Of a stretch of 32,740 bases of DNA, positions 1 to 8,223 are shown piece after piece (position 1 is the first letter of the stretch; every line of letters begins with the position of its first letter). Source of the stretch: Acutalibacteraceae bacterium. Lineage in GTDB: Bacteria > Bacillota > Clostridia > Oscillospirales > Acutalibacteraceae. Location: NCBI GenBank assembly GCA_051880535.1, contig JBJEOD010000391.1, forward strand, positions 1 to 32,740, in the 5' to 3' direction. The translations under genes and the position numbers were made by a program. The notes under the pieces are model-generated. The model saw only the letters and a list, made by a program, of their open reading frames with translations. It was not told where the DNA came from and made no database searches.

Positions 1-892
1 CAATCGGTATTATCTGCGGATAGGCAAGCCCCACGTCCTCACAAGCACAGACCAAAAGCCGACGGCAGGCGCTGGGCAGATCGCCCGCGGCTAAAAGTCT
101 GCCTAAGTAGTAGACCGCCGCGTCGGGGTCGGAGCCGCGCATAGACTTCTGATAAGCCGAGATAATATCGTAATGCTCGTCTCCCTCTCGGTCGTAGCGG
201 ACGGCGTTCGCCGCTAAAATTTCCTCGGCGGTCGTGTCCTTTACGGTAATATCGGTTTCGGTTTCGCTTGTCAGCACGCATAGCTCGAGCATATTAAGCG
301 CCCTGCGTACGTCCCCCGTCGCGGCGCGACAGATTTTTATAATTGCGGCGTCGGAAATATTAATATTCTTTCCCTTTTCCTCGCTTAATACCCCTACCGC
401 GCGGCAGACGGCGGTTTTAATATCCTCGGCGGAGAGCGCCTTAAACTCAAATACCGTAGAGCGGCTCAAAATCGCGTTGTAAACGTAAAAATACGGGTTT
501 TCGGTGGTGGCGGCGATAAGGGTAATATCCCCCGTTTCGATATAAGAAAGCAGAATTTGCTGTTGCTTCTTGTTAAAATACTGAATTTCGTCGAGATAAA
601 GCAGAATCCCGCCCGCGGTATCAAAGCCGCCTATCGAATTAATAATCTCCTTAATATCGGCGGTCGAGGCGGTGGTGGCGTTTAAATAGCAGAGCTTTTT
701 CCCGCAGTTAGCGGCTATAATTTTAGCAACCGTGGTTTTGCCCACACCCGAGGGACCGTAAAATATCAGATTCGGCACGTCGCCCGAATCGATAATTTTT
801 CTAAGCACCCTGCCTTCCGAAAGCAGGTGCCGCTGTCCCGCCACGTCCTCTATTCTGTTTGGTCTCATTCTGTCCGCTAAGGGTGAATTCAT
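1..892 (-). CDS. rarA: Replication-associated recombination protein A (RarA/MgsA AAA+ ATPase); the C-terminal end runs off the window
   Basis: Hand translation of the minus strand from ATG 892 gives MNSPLADRMRPNRIEDVAGQRHLL...FYGPSGVGKTT (Walker A)...LYLDEIQYFNKKQQ...HYDIISAYQKSMRGSDPDAAVYYLGRLL. An AGGTG SD lies 5 nt upstream. It is absent from the ORF track because the frame is still open at position 1. Confidence 0.85.
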   Translation of the reverse strand, partial: MNSPLADRMRPNRIEDVAGQRHLLSEGRVLRKIIDSGDVPNLIFYGPSGVGKTTVAKIIAANCGKKLCYLNATTASTADIKEIINSIGGFDTAGGILLYLDEIQYFNKKQQQILLSYIETGDITLIAATTENPYFYVYNAILSRSTVFEFKALSAEDIKTAVCRAVGVLSEEKGKNINISDAAIIKICRAATGDVRRALNMLELCVLTSETETDITVKDTTAEEILAANAVRYDREGDEHYDIISAYQKSMRGSDPDAAVYYLGRLLAAGDLPSACRRLLVCACEDVGLAYPQIIPI

Positions 893-992
893 ATCTGCAC
901 CTACCGTAATTTTTTTCCTATACCTTATATTATATTATTTTTTTGCGCTTTTTTCAACTCATTAACTAAAACTTTCCTTCATAATATTAGTT

Positions 993-2537
993 ATGGGAGT
1001 GAATAAACAAGTGAAAAAAACGCTTTTTATAAAAAACGCGCTAATTTTAACCGCGTCGTCGTTAATATTAAGGTTTGTAGGAATAATTTTCAAGGTCTGG
1101 CTGGCAGCGCTTATCGGCTCTGAGGGCATAGGCCTTTATCAGCTTATTTTCAGCGTATATGTTTTAGCCGCGACCTTTGCGACCTCGGGCATCTGCACGG
1201 CGGTGACCCGACTTGTGGCGGAGGAATTAGCCTTAGGCAGTAAAAAGGGAACCCTTAAAATACTTCGGCGGGCAATCGAGCTTACCCTGTTAATCGCCGC
1301 AATTTCGGTGGCGGCGGTCTATTTCGGGGCGGAATTTATCGCAGATCGCTTTATCGGGGATATGCGCGCCGTTCCCGCACTTAAAATTCTCCCCCTCTCG
1401 CTCCCCTTTATGGGGATAACCTCCTGCCTGCGCGGATATTTTATCGCACGGCGAAAAGTAACCCCCAACGCGGTTTCACAGCTGTTTGAGCAGGCGGTCA
1501 GAATACTGCTGGTTGTCGTTCTGGTCAAAAAATACTGTGATAAGGGGCTTGCCGCATGCTGTGGGGCGGTGCTTTTCGGCGATACTGCGGCGGAGCTTTG
1601 CGCTTGCCTGATGCTCGGTCTTATCTGGCTTTGGGACCGCAAAAAATTAAATTCCCTGTCGGGCCGCGCCCGCCCGCCGTTCGGGATAGTAAGGCAGATT
1701 TTACATATTTCCCTGCCCATAACCTCGGGAAGATACCTTAATACCGCACTCAGAACCGCCGAAAACATATTGGTGCCGAAAAATTTAGCAAAATACCCCC
1801 ATTCGGGCGAGCTTGCCCTCTCCCAGTTCGGAATGATAAAGGGAATGGCTCTGCCTATACTTCTTTTTCCCTCAACCCTGCTTAATTCAATTTCGACCCT
1901 GCTTATTCCCGAAATGTCCGAGGCGGCGGCAAAGGGCAGAACAGGTCTTGTAAAATCGGCAACACGAAATATTTTAAAGCTCACGGCGGTGATGTCCTTT
2001 ATTTTCGCGGCGGTATTTTTTGTCGGGGGCAGGGAGATAGGACTTCTTATTTATAAAAGCGACGAGGTCGGCTCGCTTCTGCGTGCCCTTTCGCCGATAG
2101 TACCGCTGATGTACCTTGACAGCGTATCCGACGGCATTTTAAAGGGGCTTGACCAGCAGGCGTTCAGCTTTCGCACCGCTATAACCGATTCGACGCTCCG
2201 TATAATTTTAATACTTATTCTTCTGCCCTGCTTCGGTCTTCGCGGCTTTATATGGATAATGTATTTTTCAAATCTGCTTACCTGCGCCTTAAATGTGGGA
2301 CGGCTTTTGAAGGTAAGTAAGGCGAGATTAAAGCTGATAAACGAGGTGATTTTGCCCCTTGCCGCGGCGTTTTGCATAACCCTGCTCGCCGATACGCTTT
2401 TGCGGCTGATAAACGGAATGAATAATTTCGCTTATTTGCTGCTTATCTGCCTAATTTCTCTCCCGCTGTATTTGATTTTTATTTTCCTTATCGGAGCTGT
2501 GACGGCAGATGATGTGCGAGGTGTATTTAAGAGGTAA
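993..2537 (+). CDS. spoVB: Stage V sporulation protein B / MurJ-type MOP-family flippase (multi-pass membrane protein)
   Basis: 514-aa ORF that is hydrophobic throughout. The N-terminus KKTLFIKNALILTASSLILRFVGIIFKV...GSEGIGLYQL resembles B. subtilis SpoVB. The likely true start is GTG 1011, because GGGAG at 996-1000 lies 10 nt upstream of it and would give MKKTLFIK. Confidence 0.75.
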   Translation: MGVNKQVKKTLFIKNALILTASSLILRFVGIIFKVWLAALIGSEGIGLYQLIFSVYVLAATFATSGICTAVTRLVAEELALGSKKGTLKILRRAIELTLLIAAISVAAVYFGAEFIADRFIGDMRAVPALKILPLSLPFMGITSCLRGYFIARRKVTPNAVSQLFEQAVRILLVVVLVKKYCDKGLAACCGAVLFGDTAAELCACLMLGLIWLWDRKKLNSLSGRARPPFGIVRQILHISLPITSGRYLNTALRTAENILVPKNLAKYPHSGELALSQFGMIKGMALPILLFPSTLLNSISTLLIPEMSEAAAKGRTGLVKSATRNILKLTAVMSFIFAAVFFVGGREIGLLIYKSDEVGSLLRALSPIVPLMYLDSVSDGILKGLDQQAFSFRTAITDSTLRIILILILLPCFGLRGFIWIMYFSNLLTCALNVGRLLKVSKARLKLINEVILPLAAAFCITLLADTLLRLINGMNNFAYLLLICLISLPLYLIFIFLIGAVTADDVRGVFKR

Positions 2538-2539
2538 AA

Positions 2540-2881
2540 TTATTTGTTATTATTAAACTCATGTACTATTAATTTAATATTTAATTTTTTACAATTATCA
2601 ATCACATATTTAGTACCTTTTGATTTACCATCCCAAAATGCAATTACCAAATCAGCGTATTTAATTATTTCTAAATTTCGTTTTAACGGTGCTGCTTTAC
2701 CATATTTATTATATTCGGGTAAAATTTCTGTTAGTTTGATGTTGTGCAAAACCGCATAATTTGCAGCAGAGCTATCAATTCCCTTTGCACCACCCGAAAC
2801 AATTTCTGTAGTTTCTTCAGGAAGATATTTTTCAAAATCATTCACATACAAATTTCTTGAACCAACAATTGCAATCTTCAT
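2540..2881 (-). CDS. DUF2493 / YAcAr-type SLOG (DprA/LOG-like Rossmann) domain protein, 113 aa
   Basis: Motif series IVGSRN, VSGGAKGIDS, PLKRNLEII, LVIAFWDGKSKGT is typical of DUF2493. An AAGGAGA SD lies 7 nt upstream of ATG 2881. The gene is very AT-rich (14-17 G+C per 60 nt in three hand-counted lines). Confidence 0.7.
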   Translation of the reverse strand: MKIAIVGSRNLYVNDFEKYLPEETTEIVSGGAKGIDSSAANYAVLHNIKLTEILPEYNKYGKAAPLKRNLEIIKYADLVIAFWDGKSKGTKYVIDNCKKLNIKLIVHEFNNNK

Positions 2882-2896
2882 TTTAATTTCTCCTTA

Positions 2897-2914
2897 TAGT
2901 CTATGTATAGACTA
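2897..2914. promoter_or_regulatory. Perfect 8-2-8 palindrome TAGTCTAT-gt-ATAGACTA, a candidate operator in the divergent control region
   Basis: Read directly from the sequence. It sits just upstream of the SD of the DUF2493 gene. A third related half-site, ATAGCCTA, lies at 2927-2934. An XRE HTH gene is adjacent. Confidence 0.5.
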
Positions 2915-2988
2915 ATAGTAGCACACATAGCCTACAAATAGCAAGAAAATTTTGTATCCTTAACATATTAAGCTAAGGAGAAGTTAGT

Positions 2989-3231
2989 ATGGATACAGTA
3001 ACAGCGGTAAAGAACCGCATTTTAGAGCTATGCGGAAAGCGTAATATTTCAATTAATAAGCTTGCGAATATCTGTGGCTTACCGCCATCATCGGTTAAGA
3101 ATATTTTGTACGGGAAAAGTCAAAATCCTAAATTATCGACAATCAAAATGATTTGCGACGGATTAGGCTTGACCCTTGCTGAATTTTTTGATACAGATGA
3201 ATTTAATAATCTGGAGCAGGAAATCAAATAA
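2989..3231 (+). CDS. XRE-family helix-turn-helix transcriptional regulator, 80 aa
   Basis: RILELCGKRNISINKLANICGLPPSSVKNILYGKSQNPKLSTIKMICDGLGLTLAEFF is a classic HTH_XRE (Cro/C1) fold pattern. An AAGGAG SD lies at 2975-2980. Confidence 0.85.
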   Translation: MDTVTAVKNRILELCGKRNISINKLANICGLPPSSVKNILYGKSQNPKLSTIKMICDGLGLTLAEFFDTDEFNNLEQEIK

Positions 3232-3307
3232 ACTTAATTATTTTAAATCGGACAGATAATGCAAAAATTCAAATACAATATGTCCCTCTGTAATCCTTTC
3301 AAATAAA

Positions 3308-3341
3308 CACCCCGTAATCCTCTGATTTACGGGGTGTTTTT
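3308..3341. terminator. Bidirectional rho-independent terminator shared by the convergent XRE gene and tadA
   Basis: 10-bp stem CACCCCGTAA (3308-3317) / TTACGGGGTG (3327-3336) with a 9-nt loop. TTTTT follows on the plus strand and TTTATTT follows on the minus strand. Confidence 0.75.
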
Positions 3342-3365
3342 CTATCCTGTTAAAGGCAGGAGTTT

Positions 3366-3806
3366 TCAGCGCAAATTTTTGAAAAATTCCTGCAAAACGG
3401 CGGTACATTCATCCTCGCATATTCCGCCGTAAATTTCGGGCTTGTGGTTATAGGGATAATCACAGAGATTAATAACGCTGTCAATGCTCCCCGCGCGGCT
3501 GTCGTATGCACCGAAAATAAGGGTTTTAATCCTCGCGTTAATTATTGCGCCCGCGCACATAGGGCAGGGCTCTAAGGTGACATAAAGCTCGCACCCGTCA
3601 AGCCGCCAGCTGTTGAGCCGCTTGCAGGCGATATTAATCGCCTCAATTTCGGCGTGGGAAAGAGCATTTTGCTTTTCCTCCCTGCGGTTGAAGGCACGGG
3701 CAATTATCCCGCCGTCCTTTACAATAACCGCTCCTACGGGAACCTCTCCGCGCTCACCCGCGAGCCGCGCTTCCTTTATTGCTTCTTTCATAAATCTACT
3801 GTCCAT
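3366..3806 (-). CDS. tadA: tRNA-specific adenosine deaminase TadA
   Basis: HAE and PCPMCAGA zinc-binding deaminase motifs are present. The start is set at ATG 3806 (GGTGA SD 4 nt upstream) rather than ORF-track 3857, which would overlap the upstream gene. Confidence 0.9.
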   Translation of the reverse strand: MDSRFMKEAIKEARLAGERGEVPVGAVIVKDGGIIARAFNRREEKQNALSHAEIEAINIACKRLNSWRLDGCELYVTLEPCPMCAGAIINARIKTLIFGAYDSRAGSIDSVINLCDYPYNHKPEIYGGICEDECTAVLQEFFKNLR

Positions 3807-3849
3807 TATCTCACCTATAAAATAGGAACGGATAAATCCGTTCCCTACA

Positions 3850-4518
3850 TTATTCATTATTCATTAAATAATTAAAGTGTTCTCTCGGGTCGAAGACGGG
3901 CTGTTTATTTCTGATAACAAACAGGAAAATCGGCGCTAAGAAGCTGAAGAATATTGAAAGCACAAGGAAAAGGGTGGCGTTGCCGTAATCAAATGAGGCG
4001 TAAATTCTCCACAGCGCAACATAAAATAACACTATATAAGCAATGGAAACCCCGATTAAAACGATATAAATCAGAATCATAGGAATAAGTGATGAAAACA
4101 TATCAAGCGTCATATCGGTGCCCGCAGTGACAGAAATATCAGCATATTGAATAACAATAAGTACTGCATAGATTGCAAAAACACAAAATGCGATGCTGAC
4201 AATTAACATAATAATTTCAAGTGCAAGAAGTATCCCGCCGAATTTTGCAGAGGGCTTACCGTCCTTTCTGCGGTATTTTTCGGCTAATTTTCCGAAAAGA
4301 AATGTGCTTGCAAAGGGAATAAAGCTGCGCCATGGGGCAGAAAAGCCCGCGGTTTTTGCCATCTTGAAAAGAGCGATTGCTTCAAGCAGATACATTACAA
4401 GCATGATAATGCCGAAAACCACGAAATAGCCTATCATAAAGGCTAAAACCCCCGAAATTACACCTTCGTCTACACCCGCCTCCTCAAAAATTTGACTGAT
4501 AATGCCTGAATTGTACAT
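3850..4518 (-). CDS. Hypothetical multi-pass membrane protein (222 aa), family not recognised
   Basis: Long ORF with about 5-6 hydrophobic segments. A GGAGG SD precedes ATG 4518. It is apparently operonic with the CPBP gene, with a 12-nt gap. Confidence 0.6.
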   Translation of the reverse strand: MYNSGIISQIFEEAGVDEGVISGVLAFMIGYFVVFGIIMLVMYLLEAIALFKMAKTAGFSAPWRSFIPFASTFLFGKLAEKYRRKDGKPSAKFGGILLALEIIMLIVSIAFCVFAIYAVLIVIQYADISVTAGTDMTLDMFSSLIPMILIYIVLIGVSIAYIVLFYVALWRIYASFDYGNATLFLVLSIFFSFLAPIFLFVIRNKQPVFDPREHFNYLMNNE

Positions 4519-4530
4519 AATTTAACCTCC

Positions 4531-5595
4531 TTAAAAATATGTGATTGCCTGACCAAGGCAAAGAATTATGAAAATAATAATTACCGCAGAGGAGAAAAAC
4601 CATTTATTTTTTTGTTTGAAGCTGCTTTCGGTATCGCTTCTTTTAAATATAAATGCGTCCTTATCCGAAACCGCAACCGCCGCAATTATTCCCGCGGTCA
4701 AAGCCGCCATTAAGTAAAGCGTATAGATAAGATTCTGAGCGTTTTGAGAAAGTCCGCAGAGCAGAAAATTAAACGCAACCGAAATAAAATTATTTGCCGC
4801 GTGAACCGCAACCGCAATCCACAGTGATTCGGTTTTTACTACAATATAGCCAAGCGCCAGCCCCACCAGAAAGGCAAAGGGCATCTGGTCGAAGTTGCCG
4901 TGCATAAGCCCGAACAATATAGCCGAAGCAAGCACCGCAAAGCTGTCGCCGTATTTGCGGAAAATCCCTAAAATAAGCCCTCGGCAGGCAAATTCCTCTA
5001 CAAGCGCAGGAACTATCGCCGTTGAGATAAGGCAGAGTAAAAATCCGAAAAAGCCGCCGGGATTATCGCCTAAATCAACATTGTAATCTATTCCTATGCT
5101 TTCAAAAAAGTAACCGCAATAGGAGCTTGCAATGTTTGCAAAGGCACAGAAGGAAAGCCCTATAAAAAACATCGCGGTCTTGTTTCCCGTAGGTTTTTTA
5201 ATGGGTACCAAATCGCTTATACGCTGTCCGCCCGCCTTGAAAATAATGATAAACGGCACGGTAAACATAAATGACGACAGCAAAATCTGCACAACCTGCA
5301 AAACCGCGGGCTCGGTTACTATTTCATACGACTTATCGGACGGAAATCCCAAAAGCGTCATTATAAAGAAATAAGCTGCCCCCCAAATGCTTGAGATAAC
5401 CATTATTGAGATTACGGAAAGACCCGATAAAAGGGCGGCTTTTCTTATACCTCTTTTTTCCTCGTAGGTTTTTGGAGTAAAGCCGTAGGGTACATAGGTA
5501 ATGTAGGTCTGCTTTGGTGCGTTTGTTACCCCCGGCTCCTCATAGCGCGGAGCTTCGTTTTCGGGTGCTTCTGTATTTAAGTTACTGTTTTCCAT
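4531..5595 (-). CDS. CPBP-family (CAAX/Abi) intramembrane glutamic endopeptidase
   Basis: Signature motifs VEEFACRG (EExxxR), FGLMHGNF (FxxxH) and HAANNF (HxxxN) sit within a polytopic membrane protein. Confidence 0.8.
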   Translation of the reverse strand: MENSNLNTEAPENEAPRYEEPGVTNAPKQTYITYVPYGFTPKTYEEKRGIRKAALLSGLSVISIMVISSIWGAAYFFIMTLLGFPSDKSYEIVTEPAVLQVVQILLSSFMFTVPFIIIFKAGGQRISDLVPIKKPTGNKTAMFFIGLSFCAFANIASSYCGYFFESIGIDYNVDLGDNPGGFFGFLLCLISTAIVPALVEEFACRGLILGIFRKYGDSFAVLASAILFGLMHGNFDQMPFAFLVGLALGYIVVKTESLWIAVAVHAANNFISVAFNFLLCGLSQNAQNLIYTLYLMAALTAGIIAAVAVSDKDAFIFKRSDTESSFKQKNKWFFSSAVIIIFIILCLGQAITYF

Positions 5596-5653
5596 ATTTT
5601 CGGACTAATCCCTTCACCTGCTTTCAGAATATGCTCCTCTGTACCCTTTTGTT

Positions 5654-8209
5654 TTATTCCTCTGTGTTGTCTTCTTCTGTTTCTTCCTCGGGGGAGTTAT
5701 CCTCCGCCGCACCCGCGTCCGCCTCGGGAGCGTCGGGAAGCTCGGTCGGCTCCTCCTCGTTATGCTCGGTCACCGCAACCGAAAGCACCTTTTCACCCTC
5801 GCCCACGCGCATTACGCGAACGCCCTTTGCAGGACGGGCAAAGGTGGAAATATCTCCGCTGAAAATACGGATTAAAATGCCGTTGGAGGCTATCATAATT
5901 ATATCGTCGTCATCGGTGATTTCAAGCACCGCCGCAACGTCGCCGTATTTATCCACGCGGTAGTTCATAAGACCCTTGCCGCCGCGGGACTGTAAGCGGT
6001 AATCGCTTATGGGACTTACTCTGCCGTAGCCTGTTTCGGTAATCGTAAGGAGCCTTGTATTCTCGTCGGTTACCTCCATAGCCACAACCTCGTCGTCCTC
6101 CCGCATTGTGATTGCCTTAACGCCCCTGGCTCCACGTCCCATTGCACGGACGCCGTTTTCATTAAACTGAATCGCCATACCCTTTTTGGTTGCGATAAGC
6201 AGATTATCGCTGCCGTTTGTCATTTTTACAAAGGTAAGCTCGTCATCCTCGTCAATTGAGATTGCGATAATTCCGCTCTTTCTTGTGTTGCGGAACTCGG
6301 ACAGCCTTGTGCGCTTAATAATACCCTTCTTTGTCACCATTGTGATAAAGTGCTCCTCATCAAGCTCGGAGGCGGGGAGGATTATTGTTATCTTTTCGTT
6401 GGGCATAAGGGGCAGAATATTTACTATATTCATACCCTTTGAGGTGCGGCTGCCCTCGGGGATTTCGTATGCCTTTATACGGTACATTCTGCCGAGGTTT
6501 GAGAACAGCATTATATAGTCGTGGGACGAGCAGACAAACATATTTTCAACCGCGTCGTCCTCTCTTGTCGTCATACCCGTAATTCCCTTGCCGCCGCGGT
6601 GCTGAACATTATAGGTGTCAGCGGGAATCCGCTTGATAAAGCCGTTGTGGGTCTTTGTAAGCACACACTGCTCCTCGGGGATAAGGTCCTCAATATCAAC
6701 CTCCCCAGCAACGTCGGTAATTTCGGTGCGGCGGTCGTCGGAGAACTTATCCCGTAGATTTAACGCCTCGGTCTTAATTATATCAAGTATACGGGCGTGG
6801 CTTGCCAAAATTTCCTCACATTCCTTGATAAAGTCCAGCTTTTCCTGCAGTTCGTCAAGAATTTTCTGCTTTTCGAGACCCGACAGCTTACCTAACTGCA
6901 TCTGAACAATCGCGGTAGTCTGAATATCGTCAAGCCCGAAGCGCTCAGTTAAAGCCACCTTACTTTCGGGTATTGTCTTGCTGGCGCGGATTATCTTTAT
7001 AACCTCGTCGATAAAGTCAAGTGCTACCTTCAAGCCCTCTAAAATGTGGGCGCGCTCCTCGGCTCTGCGCTTGTCGTACTCGGTGCGGCGGCGGATAATA
7101 TCACACTGGAAGTCAATGCTGTTCTGGAGCATTTCCTTAAGCGTCAATATCTGCGGCTTGCCGTTTACGATTGCAAGCAGTATTGCGCCGAAGGTAGTCT
7201 GAAGCGCGGTGTTTTTATAGAGCTTGTTAAGCACAACCTGCGGGTTTGCGTCCTTTTTAAGGTCTACTATTATTCTTATACCGCCGTCACGCTTTGAGGA
7301 ATAGTCCACCACGTCCTCGATTCCCTCAATTTTCTTATCCGCGGCAAGGTCGTAAATGCTTTTAACCAGCTCTTTTTTCCTTATCTTGTAGGGAATTTCG
7401 GTTATTACAATGCGGTATTTGCCGTTTTTGGTTTCCTCAATCTCGGTCTTTCCCCTAAGGGTAATTCTTCCGCGGCCCGTGGCGTATGCGGCTCTTATCC
7501 CCGAGCGGCCCATAATAATTCCGCCCGTCGGGAAGTCGGGACCCTTTATATACTGGCAGATTTCCTGCAAATCGGCGTCGGGATTATCAATAAGACAGCA
7601 CATACCGTCTATAACCTCACCTAAATTGTGGGGCGGAATTTCGGTCGCCATACCTACAGCGATACCCGAAGAGCCGTTTACAAGCAGCTGCGGAAAACGG
7701 ACGGGAAGTACCTCAGGCTCGGTCAAGCGGTTGTCGTAGTTGGGCACCATATTGACGGTTTCTTTTTCAATATCGTCAAGCATATGGAGCGACAGCCGAT
7801 TCATTCTCGACTCGGTATACCTGTATGCGGCGGCGGGGTAGCCGTCGATATTACCGAAGTTTCCGTGACCGTCTATAAGGGGATAACGGAGTGAAAAATC
7901 CTGCGCCATACGCACCATAGCGTCGTAAACGCTGGCGTCGCCGTGGGGGTGGTAGGAGCCCAGCACCGAGCCGACGGTGTCCGCGCACTTGCGGTACGCC
8001 TTGTCGGGGGTCAGACCGTTTTTATACATTGTGTAAAGTATTCTTCTGTGAACCGGCTTCAAGCCGTCCCTTACATCAGGGATAGCGCGTCCCACCAGTA
8101 CCGACATAGAATACTGGAGCATACTGTTTTTAACCTCGTCGACAATTTCAACAGGAACTATTTTAGTTTCCTCGTCGCTCGGCCAGTATACGTTTTCTTT
8201 CTTAGCCAT
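5654..8209 (-). CDS. gyrA: DNA gyrase subunit A
   Basis: 851 aa. It has the QRDR HPHGDASVYDAMVRMAQ, the active-site AAAYRYTESRM, beta-pinwheel CTD repeats and an acidic C-terminal tail. Confidence 0.97.
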   Translation of the reverse strand: MAKKENVYWPSDEETKIVPVEIVDEVKNSMLQYSMSVLVGRAIPDVRDGLKPVHRRILYTMYKNGLTPDKAYRKCADTVGSVLGSYHPHGDASVYDAMVRMAQDFSLRYPLIDGHGNFGNIDGYPAAAYRYTESRMNRLSLHMLDDIEKETVNMVPNYDNRLTEPEVLPVRFPQLLVNGSSGIAVGMATEIPPHNLGEVIDGMCCLIDNPDADLQEICQYIKGPDFPTGGIIMGRSGIRAAYATGRGRITLRGKTEIEETKNGKYRIVITEIPYKIRKKELVKSIYDLAADKKIEGIEDVVDYSSKRDGGIRIIVDLKKDANPQVVLNKLYKNTALQTTFGAILLAIVNGKPQILTLKEMLQNSIDFQCDIIRRRTEYDKRRAEERAHILEGLKVALDFIDEVIKIIRASKTIPESKVALTERFGLDDIQTTAIVQMQLGKLSGLEKQKILDELQEKLDFIKECEEILASHARILDIIKTEALNLRDKFSDDRRTEITDVAGEVDIEDLIPEEQCVLTKTHNGFIKRIPADTYNVQHRGGKGITGMTTREDDAVENMFVCSSHDYIMLFSNLGRMYRIKAYEIPEGSRTSKGMNIVNILPLMPNEKITIILPASELDEEHFITMVTKKGIIKRTRLSEFRNTRKSGIIAISIDEDDELTFVKMTNGSDNLLIATKKGMAIQFNENGVRAMGRGARGVKAITMREDDEVVAMEVTDENTRLLTITETGYGRVSPISDYRLQSRGGKGLMNYRVDKYGDVAAVLEITDDDDIIMIASNGILIRIFSGDISTFARPAKGVRVMRVGEGEKVLSVAVTEHNEEEPTELPDAPEADAGAAEDNSPEEETEEDNTEE

Positions 8210-8223
8210 TTTTTTATTCCACC

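Noticed and set aside
39-482. ORF-track entries 39-281 (-) and 234-482 (+)
   Set aside because: Both lie inside the clearly homologous rarA reading frame (minus strand, frame of ATG 892). Their products are Arg/Ser-rich low-complexity sequences with no SD, so they are out-of-frame or antisense artefacts.
977-985. CATAATATT upstream of spoVB as a sigma-E/sigma-K type -10 element
   Set aside because: It is only a partial match to CATACA-T / CATA---TA, and I could not find a convincing -35 partner at the right spacing. I leave it uncalled.
1319-1984. 221-aa antisense ORF inside spoVB (plus 1556-1741 and 2051-2377)
   Set aside because: They are fully embedded in a well-supported membrane-protein gene and have no ribosome-binding site or recognisable motifs. 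Such frames are typical antisense ORFs of GC-rich coding DNA.
5514-5963. 149-aa Ser-rich plus-strand ORF overlapping the gyrA 3' end and the CPBP gene start
   Set aside because: Its poly-Ser/Ala segment is simply the reverse-complement reading of the GyrA acidic tail codons (GAA/GAG read as TTC/CTC). There is no independent signal.
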